DNA of 64,000 nt from positions 434,001 through 498,000 of the forward strand of contig CM074815.1 of NCBI GenBank assembly GCA_037447605.1. Reading direction: 5' to 3'. The position numbers and the translations under genes were made by a program. This DNA comes from Zygnema circumcarinatum SAG 698-1b. Its lineage: Eukaryota; Plantae; Zygnematophyceae. Below the pieces are notes generated by a model. It was given only the letters and a program-made list of their open reading frames with translations. It did no database searches and had not been told where the DNA came from. This document shows, piece by piece, positions 50,736 to 63,058 of this stretch. The stretch's first letter is position 1, and each line of letters opens with the position of its first letter.

Positions 50736-51766
50736 AGAGAGAGAGGGAGGGAGGGAGGGAGGGCTAATCAAGAATAGAAAGTGAATAAGATGTTGAGGAT
50801 ATTCAACAGTTGAAAGGGCAGGAGTGTAAATAGACTTGAAATGGCCATGTGCGGCGTACGGATAGTCTCTGCTGATGGGACGTGTAGTAGTGCTGCTACC
50901 TACAGCGGTGAAGGCATCATGAGAAGGACAAGAGAAGAAGAGTTACAACAACATGACGATGAAAACTATGCACACAACAAAAAAAGCCACAACTTTCTTC
51001 TTCTTTTACTATTGATAATAATCACACCCAAAAAAGACAAGTGAATAGTTTGTCTCATTGATGATGGTATAATTATCAATAGTAGAAGAGCCCACCAATG
51101 ATGAGATAAAAGACTAAGTTGCATATTACAAGAAGAGACAAACGTTAGAGGAGGTCGTTCAGATCAATCTGGTCAAGAATGTCACCATCAACGCCAGCAC
51201 CCAAGTTGTCCCGACGAGTGCACTATCTGGCATGAGGTTTGGATCGTTGGAGTTTTGCTTAAGTCCGTATTAGTACTGTACCCCTAATACATTAACACTG
51301 ACGAAGTGATTTCCTCCCATTAGGGCGTGTCAGACTTAACAAAATGTTACGAATATCGAGTCTTTAGTATTACGAGAATCGAGGTTACTAAGTACTAAAA
51401 ATCATCGCGCCCCCGAACCTAAACCGAACCGAACGAAAGTCAACTGTGCTAAGTCAACGGGTCAACGTTGCGAAGATTGACCCGTGGGGTTTACTGAAAT
51501 TGCATTTCTTCGCACGATTTTGTTCGCACCCAAAAGAGGCGCCGAAATGGACGTGCGAAGAAAATACTGGCGAAAATCGCGTCAACGTGACGTCATGGTT
51601 GTTTTCCCGGCTTCCCGCCCGCGCCCGCGCCCGCGCCCGCCCGTGACGCGCAACACGACACACCGACAAGCGGTCTCCGCGCGCCGCGCCGGCGCTGGTT
51701 CTAAGTTTGAGGGCCCCGCGCGAGGGCGAAGTTGCGAAGACGGCGTTTGGAGAAGTNNNNNNNNNN

Positions 51767-52661
51767 AAACCAGAGAGCACGTCAGCATCTGCAGCGCAGC
51801 TTCTTCGATCGTCAAATTCTCTGAAATCATCTCGTTGTAATACTTGATGACTTCGCTGGCTGAGCAACTCGCACGAGAGGTTTCCGCGTTTGCAAAGTGT
51901 TCTTCGAATCCACGATGTAATTCTGAGGTTATCTCCTTAATAAGTTCTTCACCTGCTCCTTGAAATGAAACGTCATCCAGACGATAGAGCAGCGGGTTTT
52001 TACCAACAATAAACCCCTCCTTAACGCATTCTCCTTGCCCTTGAAGCTGGCCTTGAACAAGTTGGAGCTTTGGCATGCTCGGTATAGTAAGCAGGCGGTT
52101 GTCATACACATCGAGCAGTTTCAGGTCCTTCAGAGATGAAAGTTCGGCCGGGATCGAGGTCAGCTCATTGTGGTCGAGGCGCAGTTCTTTGAGTCGACGA
52201 AGTTGACTAATTTCTGCTGGCAAAGAGCTCAAGCGGTTGTTTCCAAGATCCAATGAAATCAAAATATTCCACTCAATGATAGACACGGGAAACTTCGAAA
52301 GCTGCTTGCCGTCCGCCTCAAAGGTGGTCGAGTTGGCGAGTTTCATTAGTAAGCCAATGCCTGGTGGCAGGGAATTCCGATGCAGGTCAAGGAGAGCAAA
52401 AAAATCAGCAAAAGATTCAGCAGACTGAATATTCTGCTTGGCCTGCAACCTTGGCAGCAAATCTGCAAGCCTCTGCGCCCCCTCCTTCACTCTCTCCCTC
52501 TCCTCCTCCAGCTCGTGCAGCGGCAGCTCTTTCTGCCACCACTCCTGCAGCCCTTCAAAGAGCAGCATTGCTTTCTCGTCCAGGTCCTTCGGTAAAGTCA
52601 ACAATGCCACTGGAAGGCACTGCAAGTTGCTCCCTGCAATCGCTTGCTCGTTGATCGGCAT
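51767..52661 (-). CDS. Intronless intracellular leucine-rich-repeat protein; 3' end lost in a 10-N gap
   Basis: ATG at 52661 opens an uninterrupted frame of about 298 codons to the gap. It has 3-4 LxxLxLxxNxLxxLPxxI repeats (LISLDLGNNRLSSLPAEISQLRRLKELRLDHNELTSIPAEL). There is no signal peptide and no plant extracellular SGxIP motif. A probable 5' UTR intron has its donor at about 53102. Confidence 0.75.
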
Positions 52662-53484
52662 TTTGGGAAAATTCCTAAAATTCGTTGAGCTGAGTGTCAA
52701 ATGGAGGGGCTAAAACTCCGAGAAGTTCTTTCAGAAGGAAGAACGAAGTTGGGGAAAATCTCAATGAATGTGAAGACTAGAAAGCCTTCCTTTGATTAAT
52801 GGGCTATGATGATCTGCACAAGCATGAAAACAGTAAAGGATAGAGGTCAGTACTCATGCTGCGAGTCTTCAAATTATTAGTCGCGCATACCTTAGGAAAA
52901 TGCCCTCGTACCTCACCTCGTTCCATTCAAATTGCATACGAATAAGTAAAGACCAAAGATATTCAAAGACTGAGCAAAGGCAACCCGTTCGTAACATGCG
53001 CGTAAGTAAAGCACAGAGTGGCAGACAAGGGGACCCTGCTAGACCCCCCTCCCTCCCCTCCCCTCCCCCTCCCTCTCTCCCTCCCTCCCTCCCCCTCCTT
53101 ACCGAGTGCGTCACCCTCCAAGATGCTGCCCTCCCTCTCCTCCTCGCTTCTCCCTTCCCCTCCGCTCGCCTCTCTCTCTCTCGCTCTCTCTCTCTCTCTC
53201 GCCCTCCTCTCTCCCTCCCTCCCCCGCCGCCCGCATTTATGCCCTCAGCCCCCGGGAGGCGGCTCGACGGCAAGGCGGGTCAACGCGGTGGACAACGGAA
53301 ATCGTATCGTATCGTATTGGAGGAACGGGGCGGGAAAAGTTCAAACGTTGACTGTTGACTCAGTACGGAAGGTCGGCAACCTTGGCTGCAGCTTCGACGT
53401 AACTTACAGAAACGACAAAATGATTGAAATGTTGGGCGCTGATAACTGTACTAACGGCTAGTGCGACAAATTCGAATTATTGAA

Positions 53485-55481
53485 GGGTAGTGATATTTCC
53501 ACCCCTTTTTTGGATCCAAACACCCCTTCCCGGCCGGGCAGATTTCAAAAGGGATTAAAAACGGAAAATGCGTTTTTCACACCTTTTTGGAACCGATATC
53601 CACCTTCTTCCGTCGGCTGATTTTATTTTTTCTAACCAAGGAAAATGATACGCCGTCACTGCATTTTGAATACTGTATCCCGCCTCCCTGAATTTTTTTT
53701 TTGGGGGAAAGAAAATATCTGCCTGCCCGAATCCGCTCGAAGCGGAAGATCCGTCCGCCACGAGATCGCTCGTGGGTGTCCGTCCTTCACACGTGCGTGT
53801 CAATCGCATCTGTCGATTCCCTCGCAGATCCAACCACTGCAGGTCACCGTTCGATCTCCAGCCGGGCTCGATCTTAGCGAATGGAAAGCGCCCACGAGTC
53901 CCGTCAAAGCCGGATCGCACGTACGAGTGCGCGCGTCCCTCGGCCCGAGATCTCGTCATTGTTAGTTCCCAGCCAATAAAAATCTGCCACGTATTTCATT
54001 TTTGACGTGGAAACTTTTGATTGGTCCAAGCTCTCATTGTACGAAATTCTGGGTTCCTTAAGTTGGGAAAATGATACAGCGGCCCCACTCTTTGGATATC
54101 GGCGCCCCTTTTGGGAAAAATTGTACTTTTTGGCTAATCACCCCTTGGATCTTTCGGGAGGAGATCTTGTAGACAATCGGACCCCGCGCCTCGCGCGCAG
54201 GATCCGACTGTGCACCGACGTACGGCGCCGCGCATCGCGGCGCGGCCCGCGAGATGCGGCGAGCCTACGGAAACGTTGTCCTCACCTGACCCGTTTGGGT
54301 CGAGGTTGCCACGTGGCAGTCTGCCATTGGACAGCCCTGCTGCCGGTCCCCCATGCCGATACAGTGGACCCCCATAATATTTTCGCCATGGTTTCGGCAA
54401 ATACTTGGCGAAAATATTGTAATTTGCAAATATAAGGTCCGTGTTACCAATAGGCGAGCGGTATTATGTTAGAGTTCATGTCTGTTTGTACGTATCGTAT
54501 CGTGTCGTATCGTATCGTACCGTACCGTGATTTAGATACACGAGCTCCTATTGGTGTCGTACGTATACCGTACGAATTAGAGATTTTATTCGTACTTACC
54601 GTACAGCGTAAAAGCGTGACCCATGTTTGAAAGCCGTTTCGATTAACAGATTTTGTATTGGAGAATAGGTCAGGTTAGGTTAACACCCCTAATACGTTAA
54701 CATTGAGTTACCGTACAAAAAGGTGGTTTCGGCAAAATCGGGGCGAATTTCTTGGGGACGCACTGTACAAGGTGGAAAATATTATGGGGGTCCACTGTAT
54801 CGGCATGGGGGACCGGCAGCAGGGCTGTCCAATGGCAGACTGCCACGTGGCAACCTCTGACCCAAACGGGTCAGGTGAGGACAACGTTTCCGTAGGCTCG
54901 CCGCATCTCGCGGGCCGCGCCGCGATGCGCGGCGCCGTACGTCGGTGCACAGTCGGATCCTGCGCGCGAGGCGCGGGGTCCGATTGTCTACAAGATCTCT
55001 CCTCCCGAAAGATCCAGGGGGGGGTGATTAGCCAAAAAAAAAAGTACAATTTTTCCCAAAAGGGGGCGCCGATATCCAAAGAATGGGGCCGCTGTATCAT
55101 TTTCCTCAAGTTGCGACCGCACGACATTTGTACGGACAAACTTTTGAGACGACTTTGGCGGGATACGTGGGCACGTGCCATTCGCTGTGACCGAGCCCGG
55201 CTGCAGATCAAATAGTGATCTGCCGTGTTACGATCTGCGAGGGAATCGACGGCTGCGATTGACCGCACGCGTGAAAAAAAATTCCGGTAGGCGGGATATT
55301 CAAAATGGGGTGACGGGTTATCAGTTTCCTTGTTTCGCAAAAATAAAATCTGCCGATGCAGGGTGGGTATCGATTCCAAAAAGGTGTGAAAAAAGCATTT
55401 TCCGTTTTTAATCCTTTTTGAAATCTGCCCGGCCGGGAAGGGGTGTTTGGATCCAAAAAAAGGGTGGAAATATCACTACCC
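53485..55481. mobile_element. Non-autonomous foldback DNA element with long inverted arms and an 8-bp TSD
   Basis: The termini GGGTAGTGATATTTCCACCC and GGGTGGAAATATCACTACCC are inverted. The direct repeat TTATTGAA lies at 53477-53484 and 55482-55489. Arms 53485-54360 and 54799-55481 are inverted copies. No transposase ORF was found. Confidence 0.9.
54362..54797. mobile_element. 436-bp Tc1/mariner-like MITE nested at the centre of the foldback element
   Basis: Perfect 22-bp TIR CAGTGGACCCCCATAATATTTT, with TA on both sides (54360-54361 and 54798-54799). A related copy lies at 46006-46438. Confidence 0.8.
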
Positions 55482-56050
55482 TTATTGAACTGATCATTGG
55501 TTTGTACGTCAACGTGTTGAAACCTTTGAATTGTCGAACCACCGTACCGTATTGACCAGCCGACCAGCCGTACGGTCTTTCGGTCAACCGAAGACCACTT
55601 CCTGACCGACGCGCTTTGGAAATCCATCGACCTTACGATGTGTTAGGAACTTAGGGCTACAAAACGTCCACAACAGTAGCGTATCGTTTTGTGACGGATA
55701 GGGTACTGAGAATCTTTACGCGCACACCGAAATTGTTTCCGATTCAATGCACCCCATGGCAGAAAAACCGGAAAAATTTCGGAAGGGCAAGACCGGGCGG
55801 GCGACTTTGTCGTTTGGGGATTTAGGGTTACCGCTAAAACAGCGCATAGAGTTTTGTGGATATGACGTCACCACTGAGGTTCTATGTACATTGCAGTTGA
55901 ACTGCTCCATGACGCTAATGATCAAAGATCGCCGTGATTCGCTGTCACCGCTTCACTGGCTGTTTAGCGTTGAAGACCACGGGTATTTATGTACGGAAGT
56001 GCGCGCGTGGTCGTTAGTCCGTCCCAACCAATAACCAATCAATCAATCAA

Positions 56051-56261
56051 TAGCGGGAGCCAGACATTGACCATGGCCAAATCAATTTAGTACAGTAAGC
56101 CTTTCTGGCGAATTTAAGCATTGGCTAGGTACGCATTTCGGTACGGCTGTGTACAGCGGAGCCGCGGATCCCTACCCGGAATTCGTACACGAAATCTTGA
56201 CTTTTAGTATAGGAAATTCTGTAATTTTAGTATGGCCATGGTCAATGTCTGATTCCCCCTA
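56051..56261. mobile_element. About 210-bp MITE-like hairpin in the 3' flank of the receptor kinase
   Basis: Perfect 19-bp inverted repeat CAGACATTGACCATGGCCA (56061-56079 and 56233-56251), extended imperfectly to TAG...CTA. No TSD was found. Confidence 0.65.
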
Positions 56262-56329
56262 ATGAACACTACCACCATGAGAATCACCAACAATGTAGGT
56301 GAAAGGCTTCATAAAACAAAGTGCAATGT

Positions 56330-59300
56330 CTATCTCCCAAAAGACATGCTCGTTTGTTGAACAACACTTGACGACGACGACCCTTTGTTGGAGGCCCAAC
56401 TTGCTAGACCCATGTTCTCATGCTTCCCAAAGGCCGGCTCTGGGCCTTGGCCTTGGCCGCCCTCCGCCTTCATCTTCAGCACTCGCAGTCGGCCCGCGAC
56501 CTCCGCCATCTCCGGGCGGTACTCTGCAACCCTCTGCAAGCACGCGGCGGCGATGCCCGCCAAGGCCTGCATGTCCTCCAGCTTGAAGTCGCCGCCCAGA
56601 TGGGGGTCGGCAATTGCAGCAAGGCCGAAGTCGCTGCGGACTCGTTCCAATGCCTGCGAATGGAGAGATCAAACTTGTCAACTGAATGCTCATTGCTCTT
56701 AATAATAATAAGAAGGTAGGTTTGAAAGAAATTTAGGAGATTGTGGGCATGTACAGAGGAGGCGCGACATTCAAGTTGTGCAGATGAAGGCTTTTTCTCG
56801 AGAGATAGGACCGCAAAGATCAGAAGCTCTCTCCACTCAAATGCCAACAATCGATAAGAGGTGCAGCGGATGGCCGTACCCAGCTCGACAGCGACATCAC
56901 ATCGTGCTCATTTCCGTTCATCCGAGGGATCAGCGCGGGTTGGCCGGTGATGAGCTCGAGGATGACGACGCCGAAACTTCAAAAAAATCATGGTGCCAAT
57001 TACATCGTCTCTTTAGCTACCTGATGGCTTATCAATACGCAGAAGGAGCTTGCACCACTAATTACTACTCCTTTGTTCGTAAAAAACTGTAACCTTACCC
57101 TTTTCTGGCTGCAGAATGCCTGTGCGGATATGACTTGTTCTCCAATCCTAAACCTCACCACAAAGTTCATCGCATTGATTAAGGTAGTTGAAAAGGTAGC
57201 GTCAAGCTCACCCTTACCTATACACATCGCTCTTTGGAGTGACCCTATAGGTGGTATAGTACTCGGGGTCCATGTACCCATGCGTCCCCGCCACACGTGT
57301 CCTAGATGAGCCGGCCACCTCGCCTTCGTTATCCTTTAGGAGGCCAAAATCAGAAACTTTTGCCTGCAGCAAGGTGCTTTTGTAGGCTTAGAATAACGTA
57401 CATGAGTAGTCCAGCAAAAGTCTTAACCCTAACCCTAACTCTGAACCCTAATCCTCTAATCCTCTGATCCTGACCCTGAAGTTAACCATAACCGTAATCC
57501 TAAGTCTTAAACCTAACCCTAACTCTGAACCCTAATCCTCTAATCCTCTGATCCTGACCCTGAAGTTAACCATAACCGTAATCCTAAGTCTTAACCCTAA
57601 CCCTAACCCTCACTCTAAACCCTAATCCTCTAATCCTTTCCTGACCCTGAAGTTAACCATAACCGTAATCCTAAGTCTTAACCCTAACTCTAACCCTAAT
57701 CCTAGCCTACAGATTGAAAGAAGTATTCAGGAAGGGACCTCTACTGGCCCTCTACTTACATGCAAATTTGCGTCCACGAGAATGTTGTCCGACTTAACAT
57801 CTCGGTGAATGATGGCGGGGGTTGCCTGCGAGTGAAGGTATGCCAAACCCTCGGCTGCTCCCAATGCAACTTCCAACCGTTGCTTGAAAGTTAAAGGGGC
57901 TCGATTTCCTGGTTCATGACAGGGTAGATATAAAATTATTCAAAAAAATTTAAAGCATGGATGGCGATGGGATGCGTTGGACATCTATGTAACATTGATT
58001 GGTTACTTATGAGCTTTCAAGATTCGCCATTATGGACCTTTTAAGGCAGACAAGTGGGAAAGCTGTTGCAGCATTCCAAATGGAATGGAAAGCTCACTGT
58101 CTTTCAATCGAAGAGCAGACCTCAATGTGCCGTTTTCAACAAACTCGTAAACCAAAATCTGCTCGCTGTCCTCATCACAAAAGCCGAGCAACTTCACGAG
58201 ATTTTTGTGGTTCATCCTTGAAATGATGTCAACCTGCATACAGCAAAGTGCAGGAAAGTAAAGTTGGGTTCATTCCATCTTGACATATAAAAAAAATAGG
58301 CTTGAAATGTTGAGAAATGGGAGACTTAGGACTGACCTCATTCTGAAAAATCTGCAGGCCTTGCATCGACACAGTCTTGGCCCTCTTCACTGCCCAAACT
58401 TCCCCGTTCTTTGTAACTCCTTTGTAGACAGTGCCATAACTGCCATCTCCGAGCAAATTGGATTCGCTGAAATTGTCGGTTGCTTCGCAGATGCATTGCA
58501 ACCGGATAGCTTTCACATAATGTTCCTCCAATTTCACAGCAAACTGAGATTTCAAGGGCTTCTCTGGATACTCCCAACCCTCCAGAAGAAGCTTTTAGAA
58601 GAGCATTGCTTTTGAACTGTATCGAATTTTACCCTTCGTCATCTTCTAAGTCCCAGATTAATGGTATAACTTCCTGTTTGGATGTATGAGTTATCAGTTC
58701 ACAGTGATTCTGCCAAGGCCTCTCGAGTTCAATGAGTGGGTTACAAATATTTCATACTTTCTTGAAGCATCTAACGGCATCAAATTCACCTCTGAAAGAC
58801 TGCCAAATGTAGGGAGAAATAATTTCAAAGTAAAGACTTACTTGGACGAAAGCAAAAGTAGGCCAAAAGTATGGCGGCTCCAATGAATACAACGATTCCC
58901 CCAGTTATGAGAGTGATCACATAGACTCGACCTGTCAGATGACTAACCATCAAGTCAGAATCACATGAAGCCAAGGGATGCAGGCAGTCTGTTCAGGGCC
59001 GGAATCCATTGACAGTTAGCCGTAAAGAATACAATGAATGAGTTGAAGAATGCCAACCATTGGCACTCTTTGAAGCTGGGGGTGGAGCTGGTGGAGGTGG
59101 AGGAGGTGATGGGTCATTCTGAGCATAACCTGAACATGTAAAAACTTGATCATTGTCACTTTACATTCACTTATGGACGGCAAAAAAGAATGTTAAAATT
59201 TGAAGAAGTCGCTTCCTAGTGTGCTGAGCTCTGATCAAGAAAAGAATTCCAGTAACACAACAATCCGAAGCTACTATTTTAGTACAAGTCTCTCCTGATA

Positions 59301-62300
59301 AAAAAAGGAGGATGCAGATTTTTCATAAATCCTAATTTGCCTACCGCCAATGCAGAGGATGTCGAGACCCGGATTCCCTGGACGATAGCTGCAATGCCCA
59401 AATGCATGAAAATGGTGTAAGTTTGTAGAGAATTTGAACTCCAAAAGTTGCAAGGAAGGCCGTACTAAGACCAACCAAGGTCTTAGAAAGAAGTGCGAAC
59501 TTGTTACACGCTGACAGAGTTTTGTTGGAAATGAGCTCAGCAGGAAGAAGTCCGGAAAAATTGTTTCCACTTAAGTCCCTACACAATAAACTCAAACACA
59601 GAGAAAGGGAAAAAGAGGTGAGGCTGAGGAGAACAAGATGGAAAATCAAAGGGATAGATTTACCGATTGCATTCCTCCTTGCAGATTCTATCTGGGCTTA
59701 CGTGTATGCATTCCAATGAATACTTTCCATGTTTGAATGGACTCCTTCTTCAAATTACAGCAGAAAATTTAGCAGTAATGGCCGCAGAATACTTACAGAT
59801 TATACAGTGAAAGGTTGCCCAAAGAAGGGGACACAACTCCAGTCAAGGCATTTTGAGACAAATTCCTGCAGTCGAGTAAAAAGGAAGTTGCTTCCTTTAC
59901 ATTTGCAGCTTTGGTCTCTAAACTTCAACATAATGAAGAAGAAGAAACATTTCCATTTGAGAGATGTCTGAACATTGACGAAGGATGCCAAATACAATCT
60001 GCATATATAATGCAAATGGAGAGAATGACTTGTTCGAATGAAAGTGAGAGTGTGCAAACAGACATAAAATCAGAATATTCAATGTCTAATTCTCCATTCC
60101 CACTCACAGCAGGCCAAGATTGGTGAACTGCAGGTCTGGAAGTTGTCCACTCAGCTGATTTCCTGACAAATCCCTGCAGATAAAGGAGCCCCTCCGTATT
60201 AGTGGTTCAGTATATAATATTACTATTATAATATAATATAATATTACTAATTACTCAGTATTATTACAACCTCTGAAGGGACGAGCTTCCAAAGGAGTAA
60301 AGAGTTTCTACAAGATTTGAAGCCGTCGTAAGTTTCTAAATTTTGGTGAAATGCTTCCACTGAGCTGACAGTGACTCAAATTCCTGCACAGCAATGCATG
60401 AAAAGAGAGAGAACATTCATATTCTTCCTCCTACATGAGAGAGAAAGAAATTTCAAAAGCAGATCTCGTCGTAGGTCAAAATTGCAGGAATAACATCTGA
60501 AGTTTATGATTCTTGAAACCGAGGAAAGGCCAAACTTTGACTCTGCAGCTTTTAATCCATACATCAACCAGTTTTGAGAACACATTGTAAGAACTCACAT
60601 GTACGTAAGTGCAGTGAAGCTAACAAACTTGTAAATTTCCAAATTATTGTCAAACGCAAACTCCTCGGTTGCAAAAGTGTTGGGCAGTCTGCCAGTGAAA
60701 TTATTGCTGGACAAATCCCTGAACATGAAAGTCTCAGAGAACAAGTAAGAGAGAGACTGTGTTTTCAAGATGTGGAGAAGGTAAGATTTACTGAGAAATA
60801 TGCTGAATGATATCCTTCTTGAGTCGAAAAGTGGCGGACAAAACAGTGGCTCAGTTTCCATGCTTACAAAATTTGGAGGAAAGACATGTTTCCGATAAAA
60901 TCCGGAATGTTGCCAGTGATTTTATTGTTGTCCAAATATCTGCAGACCGAAGAATCAGGTCTTATTTCACTTTCACTTCATTTCCGGTTCAGTTCTTATA
61001 AATTTCGGAGGGGACAGTGGTGGCATCTTCTCCCATTACTGACAGAAATATTTTGAAACATAAGCGGAACATATTCCCACCCCATATTGCTTTTCTGACA
61101 GAGATACAGGGAAAAAGAATGATCCTACACTTACAATTCTTGAAGAAGAGTCATATTGCTGATCGCGAAGGATACATTTTTAAGCATATTTTCCCCGAGG
61201 TCCCTGCATAAGCATTGTTTTTTGCTGACGTCAGAGATGTAAACCTGAAAAGAAAAAAAAATTGCCAAAGATGCTCATAGTCAAAAACAGAAGGAGGTTT
61301 TCTCATGGAGGAGAAAGTTGCTTACAGAATCCGAAGACTTGAGTTTCCAGGAAATGATGCATCGATTTCAGTCAGCTGGTTTCCACGCAATCTTCTGCTC
61401 CCCATATTTGCCAGCCCTTCCATCTTATGTAAAAATACATAATCGTTTCATGAGCTACCAAGAGATGCTTGTCTGGTCATTTCAGACCAACAGAAAAGCC
61501 TCTGCCTGTTCAGAGACTTGTCTCATCGCTTCGCTATGCTTGTATGCCATTTGTTCCACAAAACTAGTGAAATTTAATTTGCATAAATATCTCATTTGTG
61601 TGTTTATAACAAGCGCAATGAAGGAAATGAATGAAAAACCAACAAAAGCCATCTTACAAGCACTGAAATGGAAACGAAATTGTCTGAAGGAGACACATTC
61701 CATAGCTAGTTTCTCATCTTAAACCCAGACTCCCAGTCTTAAGTCATAACGGCGCTCACAATCGCGAAAGTGGTTTCTGAAATAGACTTCCCGGAATGCT
61801 GCCCGAGAAGTGATTATTGCCGAGGAATAGATAACCTAAATTGCATGCACCAAGCTCTCCGGGGAGGGCTCCGGTGAACCGGTTATGACTCAAGTCCAAG
61901 CGTCGGTCCGAGTAGTCAAAGGAGCAAATCTGGGCACTGAACTGAGAGATTTCCCCGCTCAATTGGTTGTGCGAAAAATCCAATGACAGAAATGTGATGG
62001 TTGAAAAATAGGCGGCATTTAAGGCCCCAGTGAGTCTGTTCCTGCTGAAATTGAAGTCTAATCCCACACCTATTTTTTTCGTGATACAGTTTGGGATGCT
62101 GCCATTTAGGCTGTTGGAGCTGAGGTCGAGGAAATAAACTTTTCCCGAGCACAGCTGGGAGGGGATGGGGCCCACCAATGTGAGGGAAGCGAACCCTATA
62201 TATGACAAATTAGCGGGCCAGAAGGCATTTTCCTGCGGAAGAATGGAGGCCGAGAGATTGTTCATACTTAGATCTACGTATTCGAGACTCTCCAGCTGTT

Positions 62301-62898
62301 TCAGCCATGGAGGAAAAACCCCTGTGAAGGAGTTGTTTGATAGGACCAAACTGACCAGGGCATTCAAGCTCCCGAGCGGCAGCTTGTCTAGGTCTCCGCT
62401 GAACCTATTGTTATACACTTGGAGATAAACCAAGGATGTGAAACTTTCCACCACATCCAAGGTCCCGTTGAGGTTGTGGTTGGATCCCAAATATAGGCCC
62501 TGAAGCTTCGTCAGATTCGCCCAAGAACTTGGAATGGGCCCCTCGAAGTGGTTGTCATTCAGGTTGAGCTCTGTGAGCTCCGCTAGTTTGCCCACGGCCG
62601 GAGGGAGGGCGCCCACGAGCCGGCCCTCCATCAGAGACAAATACGTCACGCGTGCGTCATCGCAATCGACGCCCTCCCAGCAGCACGCGCTGGAGACGTT
62701 AGATGCCTGCCACGTGTCCAGGATGCCCAGAGGGTCCGCCAGCCCCGCCTTGGCTTCAAGGAGAGCCTCTGCGTCCGCGGCGTCTATCGTTTGGTCACAT
62801 TCAGCGCCCATGGCGGCGTCGTATGGAAAGAGGGCGAGGAGGAGGAGGAGCCACGCCGCCATGGCCGCCCTCCGCCTCCTCGCGGCCGCTGCCGCCAT
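56330..62898 (-). CDS. LRR receptor-like Ser/Thr kinase (RD type)
   Basis: Exon 62898-61760 encodes a signal peptide, an LRRNT cap ([18 protein letters not shown]) and about 10 LRRs. Several 66-72-nt single-LRR exons follow, then a Pro-rich stalk and the TM helix [24 protein letters not shown]. Kinase motifs are [45 protein letters not shown] and RPEMAEV. The stop is at 56332-56330. Confidence 0.92.
57421..57710. repeat. About 84-bp telomere-derived tandem repeat, three-plus copies, in a kinase intron
   Basis: The unit starting TCTTAA recurs at 57421, 57505, 57589 and 57676. Confidence 0.85.
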
Positions 62899-62983
62899 GG
62901 CTTGGACTTCCGGACGAGCTTGCCGCCATGAAGGTTTGACACGCGGGGAAGCGACGCGAGCCAACGGGAAAAACGGTTTTTGG

Positions 62984-63058
62984 GTACCGTACGGTACTTC
63001 TCGTACGATTTGTACATTGGTCCGTACTGAACGAGACCGGGCAGCAGGCAGGATGTAC
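62984..63058. promoter_or_regulatory. GTAC-core cluster (candidate SBP/SPL binding sites) upstream of the receptor kinase
   Basis: Seven GTAC cores in 75 bp, at 62984, 62989, 62994, 63003, 63012, 63024 and 63055. Confidence 0.4.

Noticed and set aside
53555-55627. ORFs within the foldback element as a transposase
   Set aside because: They are short, mirrored on both strands by the inverted arms, and have no DDE, hAT or MULE motifs.
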